Origin: Dehalococcoidia bacterium
Lineage (GTDB): Bacteria; Chloroflexota; Dehalococcoidia; Lucifugimonadales; UBA1123
Direction: 5' to 3'
Length of the DNA: 64,000 nt
Assembly: GCA_965116415.1 (NCBI GenBank)
Contig: OZ220693.1
Span: 556,753 to 620,752 of the forward strand
Shown: one piece after another, positions 46,756 through 56,939 of the stretch
Numbering within the stretch: position 1 is the stretch's first letter
Layout: each line of letters opens with the position of its first letter
Made by a program: the position numbers and the translations under genes
Notes under the pieces: generated by a model
The model's database searches: none
What the model was told of the DNA's origin: nothing
The model's input: the letters and a program-made list of their open reading frames with translations, nothing else

Positions 46756-46784
46756 AAGGGACACTGCCTGTCGCAATGTCCCTT
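46756..46784 (-). terminator. Possible terminator hairpin after small ORF / citrate synthase unit
   Basis: AAGGGACA (46756-46763) pairs with TGTCCCTT (46777-46784) around a 13-nt loop. On the minus strand it is followed by the T-rich run CTGCTTTAG. Confidence 0.4.
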
Positions 46785-46819
46785 ACTTCTGTCTTTCGGT
46801 CTGGCGTGCCCCGATGAGC

Positions 46820-47017
46820 TCAGGTCCTGGAACTCTGCTGCTGCCTCGCAGCTCGCCTCCTCCTGCCGTCGCGGTCCCATCCCGAACCCTGAATCGAGTT
46901 CTTGAACTCGCGGATTGCGCCGCACACCTTACATCTGCCGTTACTTGTTGGGCCGTTCGGCTGTTCGATTACCCAGTAATGCTGGCAGTCGCTGTCAACT
47001 ACAGACTCATCGTTCAA
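46820..47017 (-). CDS. Hypothetical small Cys/His protein (CxH...CxxC, zinc-ribbon-like) with Arg-rich tail
   Basis: 65 aa. TTG start 7 nt after GGGAAGAAGG. The sequence contains 'CQHYWVIEQPNGPTSNGRCKVCG'. It lies 34 nt downstream of citrate synthase on the same strand. No family is recognised with certainty. Confidence 0.4.
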   Translation of the reverse strand: MNDESVVDSDCQHYWVIEQPNGPTSNGRCKVCGAIREFKNSIQGSGWDRDGRRRRAARQQQSSRT

Positions 47018-47051
47018 TTACAGACCTTCTTCCCTTATTGTGTGCAGACGA

Positions 47052-48191
47052 CTAGACCCGCTCTTCAATCGGCACGTACGGCACATCCATCGGCCCTGTG
47101 TAGAGGAGCCTGGGCCTTAGCAGTATGTTGTTCTCGAACTGTTCAACGACCTGCGCGGTCCATCCAGGTACCCTGCCCATCGCAAATATAGAGATGAACA
47201 GATCGTCCGGAATATCGAGGAGATAGTAGATCGCGCCCGAGAAGAAGTCGACGTTCTGATAGATTCCCCGCCTGCGGTATGGCTCCATCACCTCAATGAC
47301 GGACTGGAGAATCTGGAACCATTTGGGCTCGCCCTTGCGTTCCCCGAGTTCCCGCGCATCATCCTGGAGGTGGACCGACCTCGGATCGAGTGCCTTGTAC
47401 ACTCGATGGCCGAAACCCATAATGCGTCCGCCACCCCGTAGGCGCTCCCGAACGTAGTTCTCCGCGTTCTCCTCAGTGCCGATCTCCTGGGTCATCTTCA
47501 TGACCTCTTCGGCAGCTCCGCCATGCGACGGACCCTTGAGAACTCCGATGCCAGTCGTGACGGCACAGTGCAGGTCAGCCTGCGTGGACGCGGTCACGCG
47601 TGCCCCGAAGGCAGAGGCATTGATTCCATGCTCCGCATGAAGCACGAAATCCTTGTCTATCAGCTTCGCGTCCTGTTCGGCCGGCCTCTCTCCGAACAGC
47701 ATGTACAGGAAGTTAGCCGCATGGCCCAGGCTCGGGTCTGGGTCCAGTGCCTCGTTTCCCTCCCTGATCCTGGCGTGCGCCGCGACTATGGTCGACGCCT
47801 GAGCGGTCAGGCGGACGCCCTTTCGAAGCGTTGCCTCCGTGGAGTTATCCTCGGTGTCAGGATCATAGGCGGACAGCGCAGAGACCGATGTTCTGAGCAC
47901 GTCCATGGGGTGCGAATTCCGTGTCAGGCGGATAACGTCCAGAATCTCGCCAGGAAGCTCGCGGGCTGTCTTGAGCTCCGAGTCAAATGTGGCCAGTTCC
48001 GCCTGGGTCGGCAGGTGTCCATACATCACCAGGAACGCTGTCTCTTCGAAGGTAGATTTCTCTGCAAGTTCGTGGATGTCGTATCCACGATAGAGAAGCT
48101 TGCCCACGTCGCCGTCAATGAAACTCGACGTGGTCCTGTCTATGTAAACTTCGCGAAGGCCACGATGAAGCTGGACCTTCCGTTCTGTCAT
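47052..48191 (-). CDS. gltA: Citrate synthase (~380 aa type)
   Basis: 'LLYRGYDIHELA', 'HAEHGINAS', 'GPSHGGAAEEV' and 'GFGHRVYK..DPR' catalytic motifs. ATG 48191 follows GGGAGGA. The track start 48338 lies upstream of the predicted promoter. Confidence 0.93.
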   Translation of the reverse strand: MTERKVQLHRGLREVYIDRTTSSFIDGDVGKLLYRGYDIHELAEKSTFEETAFLVMYGHLPTQAELATFDSELKTARELPGEILDVIRLTRNSHPMDVLRTSVSALSAYDPDTEDNSTEATLRKGVRLTAQASTIVAAHARIREGNEALDPDPSLGHAANFLYMLFGERPAEQDAKLIDKDFVLHAEHGINASAFGARVTASTQADLHCAVTTGIGVLKGPSHGGAAEEVMKMTQEIGTEENAENYVRERLRGGGRIMGFGHRVYKALDPRSVHLQDDARELGERKGEPKWFQILQSVIEVMEPYRRRGIYQNVDFFSGAIYYLLDIPDDLFISIFAMGRVPGWTAQVVEQFENNILLRPRLLYTGPMDVPYVPIEERV

Positions 48192-48328
48192 ATCTTGTCC
48201 TCCCACACTGCGGCGACGTCTTGCCCGAGGGGCCGACTCATGCCAAGACAGGCTATGGTGAAGGCGTACTAATGAGGGTGTACAGGCTTCAGTTGTAGTC
48301 GTTTGATGATGCCCCGAAAAGCATCGAA

Positions 48329-48357
48329 ATTCTAGCATTGGCCCCGTTTAGTGTCAA
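48329..48357 (-). promoter_or_regulatory. Candidate near-consensus promoter TTGACA-N17-(TGc)TAGAAT for citrate synthase
   Basis: The minus strand reads TTGACA (48357-48352), a 17-nt spacer, and TAGAAT (48334-48329) with a TGn extension. An AT-rich tract lies upstream. Confidence 0.55.
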
Positions 48358-48586
48358 GAAATCTGAACCTTTCATAAACGTAATTTATGATGTTTAATTC
48401 ATGCTTTCCGGTACACTACAAACCGCTCAGTATCCATCTGGGATACCAGAACATAGGCGTCTCTAACATACTCCCAGCGCTCGTAGGCGCTGAGGCATCA
48501 GCAACGACTACAGGTCGTTCATTGCCCCATTGAGTCCTATGCGTGCAGACCTTCACGCATTGTCATTTCACACACTCAACAGTCGT

Positions 48587-48626
48587 CTGTTACGCAGTTC
48601 ACAATTGACCGACCAAAATATATACT
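48587..48626 (+). promoter_or_regulatory. Candidate rex promoter (TTCACA-N17-TATACT) overlapped by a Rex-box-like site
   Basis: CTGTTACGCAGTTCACAA (48587-48604) matches 11 of 14 specified positions of TTGTGAAnnnnTTCACAA. The -35 is TTCACA at 48598-48603 and the -10 is TATACT at 48621-48626. Confidence 0.4.
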
Positions 48627-48712
48627 ATCTTCGAGCCCCAGCAGTCTGACGTGCGGAGTTTAGCCAATCCAGGCGTCGCCCGCGTGTTCTCGGTTCGGAG
48701 TCAGTATGTCAA

Positions 48713-49339
48713 ATGCAGCAAGTAGAAGTTCCTGAAGTAGTTGTCCTTCGCCTCCCGCTGTACGTCAGAGCGCTTACACAGTTGCAGCGAGAGGGGACGT
48801 CCGTCGTAAGTTCACAGCAGCTTGGTGAACGACTCCAGATGACGCCGGCCCAGATCCGCAAGGACCTGAGCTACTTCGGCAGGTTCGGCAAGCAGGGACG
48901 CGGCTACAGCATCGAATTCCTGCTCGAAGAGCTGAGGGATATCCTCGGACTGAACGGAGAGTGGCGCGCATGTCTGATCGGCGTCGGACGCCTGGGAAGG
49001 GCCATCATCAACTACACCGGCTTCGCCCCTGAGGGTTTCACGATCGTCGCCGCATTCGACAGCTCAGACCACCAAGTTGGTGCCTCGGTCGGCGACCTGA
49101 GTGTTCAGCCCATGAGTGATCTGCGAAGCGTCGTTGCCGACCTGGACATTGCAATCGGCATAGTGGCTGTACCCGCCGCTGAAGCGCAGTCCGTAATCAA
49201 CCGCCTCGTGGAGATCGGGCTAAAGGGCATACTCAACTACGCTCCTGTCGCGCCGTATGTCCCCAGGGGCGTCGTTGTGAGAAACATCGACCCGGTGCTG
49301 TCCTTACAGTCGATGACGTTCTACCTGAAGAACGGATAG
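48713..49339 (+). CDS. rex: Redox-sensing transcriptional repressor Rex
   Basis: 'LRLPLYVRAL', 'SSQQLGERLQMTPAQIRKDLSYFG.FGKQGRGY' winged helix, and 'LIGVGRLGRA' Rossmann motif. Confidence 0.93.
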   Translation: MQQVEVPEVVVLRLPLYVRALTQLQREGTSVVSSQQLGERLQMTPAQIRKDLSYFGRFGKQGRGYSIEFLLEELRDILGLNGEWRACLIGVGRLGRAIINYTGFAPEGFTIVAAFDSSDHQVGASVGDLSVQPMSDLRSVVADLDIAIGIVAVPAAEAQSVINRLVEIGLKGILNYAPVAPYVPRGVVVRNIDPVLSLQSMTFYLKNG

Positions 49340-49407
49340 CGCAGGTCTCGAGCGTGAGGTTCGATGCCACAGGTGCGGCAAGCGAACCCAACTAAAGAGA
49401 GGATAGG

Positions 49408-49848
49408 CTATCCCGCAGGCTGCTCGCGCCTTGGTCGTCGTCGACGCCTTCGCGCGACTCCAAGCCTGGCAGCCGAGCGGCGCATAGAAGCTAGCGCACG
49501 TTCCAGATCCATGTCGGACTCGGCGGAGGCTACACGCTCCTGCGCACGTTGAAGGGCAGTCTCGGCACGTTCCTCGTCAATCTCGTCCGCGTGTTCGGCA
49601 GTGTTCGCGAGAATGGTAACCTTATTGCCGATAACCTCGAGGAAGCCGCCGCTGACAGCCATGAATGTGTCTTCACCGTCCTTGGTGACTTTGATCTCAC
49701 CGGGCGCCAGTGTGGTCAGAAGCGGTGCGTGGTTCGGGAGGACTCCCAACTCGCCGCCCGCTCCGGGGGCAACCAGAACGCTCACGTCTTCAGAATAGAC
49801 CACGCGCTCCGCAGTCACTATTTCCAGTTTCATCTCTGCCATGTTCAT
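49408..49848 (-). CDS. atpC: F1 ATP synthase subunit epsilon
   Basis: 'LEIVTAERVVYSEDV..LVAPGAGGELGVLPNHAPLLT', in operon position after atpD. Confidence 0.93.
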   Translation of the reverse strand: MNMAEMKLEIVTAERVVYSEDVSVLVAPGAGGELGVLPNHAPLLTTLAPGEIKVTKDGEDTFMAVSGGFLEVIGNKVTILANTAEHADEIDEERAETALQRAQERVASAESDMDLERALASMRRSAARLGVARRRRRRPRREQPAG

Positions 49849-49906
49849 TCACCAGAAAACTGACGTTCCAGTTGGCTCATACGCCAGTCGTGGATTCGTA
49901 GGAGCT

Positions 49907-51334
<1,428 letters not shown>

Positions 51335-51347
51335 TTACTGAACCTTA

Positions 51348-51386
51348 CACCCTCTCCCTGAGGGAAAGGGCTGGGGTGAGGGTGAA
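51348..51386 (+). repeat. Intergenic palindrome + G-tract element, copy 3 (between atpG and atpD, antisense to the operon)
   Basis: The sequence is CACCCTCTCCCTGAGGGAAAGGGCTGGGGTGAGGGTGAA, within the 101-nt atpG-atpD spacer. Confidence 0.85.
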
Positions 51387-51405
51387 ATTCCAAATTCACT
51401 AGTCA

Positions 51406-52272
51406 TCAAGCCTCGACCGCAGCGGCGCCGCCAATGATGTCGAGGAGCTCTGTTGTGATGGACTCCTGCCTGGCCTTGTTCATTACTAGAGTAAGGTCTT
51501 CCACCATCGCGTTAGCGTTGTCCGTTGCATTTCTCATGGCGACCATTCGCGCAGACTGCTCGCTGGCGATTCCCTCAAGGAGTGCGTGGAAGATCTCCAT
51601 CTCAACGTACCGGGGAAGCAGCTCAGTCAAGACTTCCATCGGGTCGGGTTCGTAAATGTACCCCACCTGGTCCTGTGGCCTTAGCTCTGCCGGCTGTACG
51701 GGGAGCAGCTGCTCCACGACCGCCTGCTGCAGGGTGGTGTTGACGAACTTCGCGTAAGCGATGTAGACAGCATCTACTTCCTGAGTCTCGTAGGACTCCA
51801 TCGCGAGTCTCGCAACCGGTGAGATGTCCAGTACCGTGGGCCTGTCGCTGATGTCGGTAAACACGGCCCTGACGTTGCGCGCGTATCGGACCATGAAGTC
51901 CCGCCCCTTGCGACCTACGGCGATCACCCTTGCGTTGTCGCCATATTCCGCAATGAACTGTCCCGCGGCCCTGTTGATGTTGGAGTTTAGGCCACCCGTC
52001 AGACCGCGGTCCGGCGTGATCAGGACAACCTCTACCCGCCTGATATCGCGACTTGCGAGCAGGGGGTGAATGTTGTCTTCATCCTCCTGTGGCTGCGCAG
52101 CCAGATCGGCAAGAAGGCTGTGGAGGTCGTCAGAATACGGCCTGCTGGACAGCGCAGAGTCCTGCGCGCGGCGCATCTTGGACGCCGCGATCATCGACAT
52201 CGCGTTCGTTATCTTCGCGGTGTTCTCAACGCTTCGTATTCTGCGTCGTAGCTGTCGAACACTAGCCACCAT
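51406..52272 (-). CDS. atpG: F1 ATP synthase subunit gamma
   Basis: 'LRRRIRSVENTAKITNAM' N-terminus and 'ITTELLDIIGGA' C-terminus. Confidence 0.95.
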   Translation of the reverse strand: MVASVRQLRRRIRSVENTAKITNAMSMIAASKMRRAQDSALSSRPYSDDLHSLLADLAAQPQEDEDNIHPLLASRDIRRVEVVLITPDRGLTGGLNSNINRAAGQFIAEYGDNARVIAVGRKGRDFMVRYARNVRAVFTDISDRPTVLDISPVARLAMESYETQEVDAVYIAYAKFVNTTLQQAVVEQLLPVQPAELRPQDQVGYIYEPDPMEVLTELLPRYVEMEIFHALLEGIASEQSARMVAMRNATDNANAMVEDLTLVMNKARQESITTELLDIIGGAAAVEA

Positions 52273-52299
52273 GGCTGGCCGTCCTTGTGGAGATTAGGA

Positions 52300-53811
52300 C
52301 TAGTACGGAACGCTGTCCTTGAAATCTTGGATCGCTCCGCTGAGCGCTTCACCTGTCTCGTCGCTGATCGATCTTTCGTTGCGAATCGTCGTGAGCAGCT
52401 CAGGATGGTTAGCGTCCATGTAGCTGTGGAACGCGTTCTCAAAGGCGATTACCCGATCGATTTCAACATCGTCCAGGAAGCCGTTGACTAGCGCATAGAT
52501 AACCGAGACCTGCTTTTCGACTGCCAGAGGCACGTTCTGCCCCTGCTTGAGGACTTCAGTAGCACGCTGTCCACGCTCGAGCTGTCGGCGTGTGGCGGGA
52601 TCGAGGTCTGCGGTGCCGAACTGCGCGAACGTTACCAGTTCTCGATACTGCGCCAGGTCAAGTCTCAGTGTGCCGGCGACCGATCTCATCGCTCTCGTCT
52701 GCGCCGAGCTTCCCACGCGGGAAACCGACAGACCGGCGTTGACCGCTGGCCGTATGCCCGAGTTGAACAGCTCGGTCTCCAGGTATATCTGACCGTCTGT
52801 AATAGAGATGACGTTCGTCGGCACGTAGGCCGACACGTCGCCAGCAAGAGTCTCGATGATAGGCAGAGCGGTTATGGATCCTCCGCCGTGCTCGTCGTCC
52901 ATCTTGGCGGCCCTCTCCAGCAGTCTGCTGTGGAGGTAGAACACGTCACCAGGATACGCTTCGCGTCCTGGCGGGCGCCTGAGCAGCAGCGACATCTCAC
53001 GGTACGCCCAGGCGTGCTTCGAGAGATCGTCATAGACGATGAGCGCGTCCTGGCCCTGGTCCATGAAGTACTCCGCCATGGCACATCCGGTATACGGAGA
53101 GAGGTACTGCATCGGGGCCGGGTCAGCCGAGTTAGCCGCAACAACGATGGTGTGCTCCATCGCTCCATGGCTCTCGAGGAGCGCCACAGTCTGCGCGACC
53201 TTGCTCGCCTTCTGGCCTATGGCCACATAAATGCAGATGAGGTCGCCGCCACGCTGGTTGATTATCGCATCCAGCGCGATTGCAGACTTGCCAGTCGAGC
53301 GGTCGCCAATTATTAGCTCCCGCTGACCGCGTCCAATCGGGATCATTGCGTCGATCGCCTTGATTCCGGTCTGGACAGGAGTATCGACCGCAATGCGAGT
53401 TGAAACGTCTGGCGCCACAACCTCGACAGGCTTGGACTCGGACGTGTCGACCGGCCCCTTGCCGTCGATCGGCTCTCCCAGTGCACTGACAACGCGACCG
53501 AGAAGGCTCTCACCTACAGGGACTTCCACGATCCTGCCGGTGCTGCGGACCCGCGAGCCCTCCTTCACCGCGAGAGGATCGCCCATGATCACCGCGCCAA
53601 CTGAGTCCTCCTCGAGGTTCAGCGCCATGCCCATCGTGCCGCCCTCAAACTCAAGCAACTCTGTGTAGGCTGCGCCTGAGAGACCGTGGACCTGGGCAAC
53701 GCCGTCGCCGACTTCGATCACAGTTCCCTCATCGACGGCTTCTAGTTGCTGCTCCCAGTTCTCTATCTGGCTCCGTATTACGGAGGCTATGTCCTGTCCT
53801 CTGACCGCCAT
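52300..53811 (-). CDS. atpA: F1 ATP synthase subunit alpha
   Basis: 'GDRSTGKS' P-loop and '[20 protein letters not shown]'. ATG 53811 follows GGGAGG. The track start is 53874. Confidence 0.97.
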   Translation of the reverse strand: MAVRGQDIASVIRSQIENWEQQLEAVDEGTVIEVGDGVAQVHGLSGAAYTELLEFEGGTMGMALNLEEDSVGAVIMGDPLAVKEGSRVRSTGRIVEVPVGESLLGRVVSALGEPIDGKGPVDTSESKPVEVVAPDVSTRIAVDTPVQTGIKAIDAMIPIGRGQRELIIGDRSTGKSAIALDAIINQRGGDLICIYVAIGQKASKVAQTVALLESHGAMEHTIVVAANSADPAPMQYLSPYTGCAMAEYFMDQGQDALIVYDDLSKHAWAYREMSLLLRRPPGREAYPGDVFYLHSRLLERAAKMDDEHGGGSITALPIIETLAGDVSAYVPTNVISITDGQIYLETELFNSGIRPAVNAGLSVSRVGSSAQTRAMRSVAGTLRLDLAQYRELVTFAQFGTADLDPATRRQLERGQRATEVLKQGQNVPLAVEKQVSVIYALVNGFLDDVEIDRVIAFENAFHSYMDANHPELLTTIRNERSISDETGEALSGAIQDFKDSVPY

Positions 53812-53896
53812 TTCGGCCTCCCTGTAACGTCGTCCGACTGATGAAAGCGGGTGAACCTCGGAGAGTTCACGCATTTGCTTCTTGGTTTCTAGTTAT

Positions 53897-54436
53897 TCAG
53901 CGCCGCTGGGCAAGCTCACGCCGCATGTTCTGCAGCCTGGCCCGCGCACTGCCGTCCATGACCTTGTCGCCCACCCTGATCACCAGGCCTCCGAGGATTT
54001 CAGGATCGACCCGAGTCGTGAGCCTGACATCCTTCCCCGAGAGATCGTTGAGCATCTGGGTGACCTGATGTTGCTGTTCGTCGGTAAGCGAAACTGCCGA
54101 AACTACTTCGGCCCGCTCAATGCCCTGGTGAGCGTCCAGCATCTCCTGGAACACATCCGCGATCCCAGGAAGCATATCAACAAGCCCCCGGCTTGCGAGC
54201 AGCGCCATGAGGTTCAGCCCAAGCGGGCCCACCGAGGATCCCAGGCTCTCACGTATGAGAGCTTCCTTCTGGGACATGGAAATACGCGGAGCCGACAGAG
54301 TCTGCCTGAACTCATCGTTAGTGATCGAGTCAGCCAGCTGTGTCAGATCATCCAGCCAGCGCTCAAGCTCGTCGCTCTCTGAAGCGATCTCGAACACCGC
54401 CTGGGCGTACCTTCTTGCCGAAGCGCCTGCAGGCAT
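53897..54436 (-). CDS. atpH: F1 ATP synthase subunit delta (OSCP)
   Basis: 'RRYAQAVFEIA' N-terminus and 'ILGGLVIRVGDKVMDGS' C-terminal motif. Confidence 0.9.
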   Translation of the reverse strand: MPAGASARRYAQAVFEIASESDELERWLDDLTQLADSITNDEFRQTLSAPRISMSQKEALIRESLGSSVGPLGLNLMALLASRGLVDMLPGIADVFQEMLDAHQGIERAEVVSAVSLTDEQQHQVTQMLNDLSGKDVRLTTRVDPEILGGLVIRVGDKVMDGSARARLQNMRRELAQRR

Positions 54437-54487
54437 AGACCCTACCTGTCTCTCTGCTGGTTAACGGGCAACATCACGGAAGCAGAG

Positions 54488-54991
54488 CTAGTTGCGGCTT
54501 GCACTCTGAGTACCCTCTTCAAGGACCTGATCAATCAACACACTGTGGTCCGAATCGTCAAGAGAGCGCCTGATGACCCGCTCCGCCGCAACGACGGCAA
54601 GCCCGGCGAACTCCCGACGAAGGTCCTCAATTGCGGCATCCCGCTCACGCTGGATATTGGCTTCGGCGCGAGAACGCTCTGCGGCGATCTCTTCCCGAGC
54701 CCTTGCAAGCTCCTCTTCGCGGAACCGGTCAGCGACCTCACGCGCTTGAGCAATCATCTGCTGACCCTCAGCGCGAGCTGACTCAAGCTGCTCCTGCATC
54801 TCTTCTCGAGACTGAGCAGCTTCTTCCTGCGCTCGCTGCGATGCCTCCAGACTCTCCCTGATCCGGGCCGATCTCTGGTCGAGAACATTGACCAAGGGTC
54901 TGTACAGGAGATACGTCAGCAGTCCGACCAGGATGACAAAGCTGATCAGGTGGGTCAGCAGACCCGGTAGGTTTATTCCTAAGGCTTCCAT
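54488..54991 (-). CDS. atpF: Fo ATP synthase subunit b
   Basis: Single N-terminal TM helix followed by a long charged helix; operon position. Confidence 0.88.
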   Translation of the reverse strand: MEALGINLPGLLTHLISFVILVGLLTYLLYRPLVNVLDQRSARIRESLEASQRAQEEAAQSREEMQEQLESARAEGQQMIAQAREVADRFREEELARAREEIAAERSRAEANIQRERDAAIEDLRREFAGLAVVAAERVIRRSLDDSDHSVLIDQVLEEGTQSASRN

Positions 54992-55106
54992 GCCTTCACC
55001 TCACCTGCTCCCAACGTCCTTCAGATGTGCTTCGCAGCACCCGATTCACAGAACCGGTACGAACCACCCTCTAAGGACTGTGGACAACTCACTCCCCGAC
55101 AGGAAT

Positions 55107-55132
55107 GAGCGCCATCGTCAACAGATGCGCTC
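55107..55132 (-). other. Stem-loop immediately downstream of atpE stop
   Basis: GAGCGC (55107-55112) pairs with GCGCTC (55127-55132), extendable with one bulge. It begins 3 nt after the atpE stop codon (55135-55137). Confidence 0.45.
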
Positions 55133-55134
55133 CG

Positions 55135-55383
<249 letters not shown>

Positions 55384-55457
55384 TCAGAGGTTGACTACCT
55401 GCTCTTGTTTCCGATGAAAGTCGAAATCAGATTTCGATCTTATGGGCGTGAATCTAC

Positions 55458-56525
55458 CTAGTGGTGTTCCCCCCCGTGGCTCACAGTAGCGGCAGCGGCG
55501 AACACGAGCGTCAGCATCGAGAAGATGAACGCCTGGATGACACCAACAAACAGCTCGAGACCCAGGAAAGGAATTATGCCTATCAGCGGGATAAGGAAGA
55601 TCATCGCCGCGAGAAGTACCTCACCAGCAAAGATGTTCCCGAACAGACGGAAGGTAAAGCTGACGACCTTCGCCACTTCCGAAATCAGTTCCAGTATGCC
55701 TACGAAGAAGCCGATGGCCCCTTCCTTGAAGTTAATGAACTTGCCGATATGTCCGAGCACGCCAAGCTGGCTGAATCCCCAGAAGTGGATCATCACCATC
55801 GCTACGATAGCGATTGCGAGCGTAGTATTAAGGTCAGTGTTGGCGCTCCTGAACCATGGGACCAGTACGCCCGCCTGCTTGCCTTCCTTCTCGGAGTCGG
55901 GGAGTTCCTTCCATTCCTTGACGCTGATATTAGTTCCCACAGACCCTGGGGCAAGGTAGCCGAAGGCTCCCTCACCTTCGAAGATCTGCACCTCCTTGTG
56001 CGCGAGACAGTCATCGTACTTGGCCGCATCGTCAAGGTAGCCGTCACAGTAGTGATGTGCGATCTCTTCATAGCTCTCAATCCGGCCTATCGTGCCGAAT
56101 CCTGGAAGTATGCCGATCCAGTTGGCTATGAATATGAAGAGGAAGATGCTCATCACCAGCGGGAAGAACCTTCGGGCGCGTTCCCGTCCGGCGATGGTCT
56201 CAGCAAGGTTGAGGAAGAACTCGAGGATTACTTCGACGAGGCCTTGGAATCGTCCGGGGACGTCCGACAGTCCGCTGCGGACTTTGAGAGCGATGATCAG
56301 GAGAACGACAATTGCGATCCAGGTCGCCAGCACCGTGTTGGTGAGCGTGTAGCCCCCGATGATAGGGTCGGCGAGGACGGGTTCTGCGGGGATGTGGATA
56401 GCGGCGAGAGGAGCTCCGAGGAAACCGAAACCAATAGCCTCGCCAAGCGCTCCACCTAGCACCGCAACCACGAAGATTACTAAAGCCGCCGCAAGTATGA
56501 CTAGGGCCTTAGGGCTGCGCAGCAA
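55458..56525 (-). CDS. atpB: Fo ATP synthase subunit a, unusually long (355 aa) owing to a ~75-aa loop insertion
   Basis: 'RLFGNIFAGEVLL' (essential Arg) and 'DLNTTLAIA'. There is extra sequence between 'GFGTIGRIE' and 'LVPWFRSANTDLN'. Confidence 0.93.
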   Translation of the reverse strand: MLRSPKALVILAAALVIFVVAVLGGALGEAIGFGFLGAPLAAIHIPAEPVLADPIIGGYTLTNTVLATWIAIVVLLIIALKVRSGLSDVPGRFQGLVEVILEFFLNLAETIAGRERARRFFPLVMSIFLFIFIANWIGILPGFGTIGRIESYEEIAHHYCDGYLDDAAKYDDCLAHKEVQIFEGEGAFGYLAPGSVGTNISVKEWKELPDSEKEGKQAGVLVPWFRSANTDLNTTLAIAIVAMVMIHFWGFSQLGVLGHIGKFINFKEGAIGFFVGILELISEVAKVVSFTFRLFGNIFAGEVLLAAMIFLIPLIGIIPFLGLELFVGVIQAFIFSMLTLVFAAAATVSHGGEHH

Positions 56526-56579
56526 CTATAAGTTCCCCTATCGAGCTTCAGGCCTTAAGCAGACCCGCTATCCGTCCGA

Positions 56580-56801
56580 TCACTGCTCGTCAGGGGTGAC
56601 CAGCACGGCCATGAGCATTCTGTACATTCCCACAACCGCTACTGCAATTCCGACACACAGCCCTACCAGAGTGAGGATCGGGCCGGTATCCAACTGCCGG
56701 TCTAGGAGTAATCCCCCGACAGCTCCCCCGCCGATGCACATGGCCACAAACCAGCCTATGCCCAGTAATCGCAGGGCCAAGGCCACTTTCTGACCGCGCA
56801 T
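56580..56801 (-). CDS. AtpZ/AtpI-family small membrane protein
   Basis: 73 aa with 2 TM. It is the first gene of the atp operon. 'LRLLGIGWFVAMCIGGGAVGGLLLD' is typical. Confidence 0.75.
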   Translation of the reverse strand: MRGQKVALALRLLGIGWFVAMCIGGGAVGGLLLDRQLDTGPILTLVGLCVGIAVAVVGMYRMLMAVLVTPDEQ

Positions 56802-56820
56802 CAGGGGTCCCCTTGAAAGC

Positions 56821-56856
56821 TTGTGTAGTATATCACAATCGAAAAATCGGAATCAA
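56821..56856 (-). promoter_or_regulatory. Candidate atp-operon promoter (TTGATT-N18-TATACT) with embedded Rex-box-like palindrome
   Basis: TTGTGTAGTATATCACAA (56821-56838) matches 12 of 14 specified positions of TTGTGAAnnnnTTCACAA. On the minus strand the -35 is TTGATT (56856-56851) and the -10 is TATACT (56832-56827). The SD AAGGGG precedes ATG 56801. Confidence 0.5.
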
Positions 56857-56939
56857 CGAGACCCGAAAACCCGTTGCAGTACCCGGGTGAGAGGTCAAGA
56901 TCAAACGGATGACGCCTCGTCTCCCACTTCTCAGAAGGC

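Noticed and set aside
48706-48735. 9-codon upstream ORF (ATG 48706, MSNAASRSS*) overlapping the rex start
   Set aside because: It is better spaced from GGAG (48697-48700) than the rex ATG. It is very short with no supporting evidence, so it was noted only as a caveat on the rex start assignment.
55461-56459. 332-aa ORF antisense to atpB. The same reasoning covers similar long antisense ORFs at 36118..37452, 3329..4132, 16732..17316, 47523..48272 and 14341..15150.
   Set aside because: Each is fully nested opposite a well-supported gene, has no recognisable domains and has Arg/His/Glu-biased composition. These are GC-rich shadow frames.
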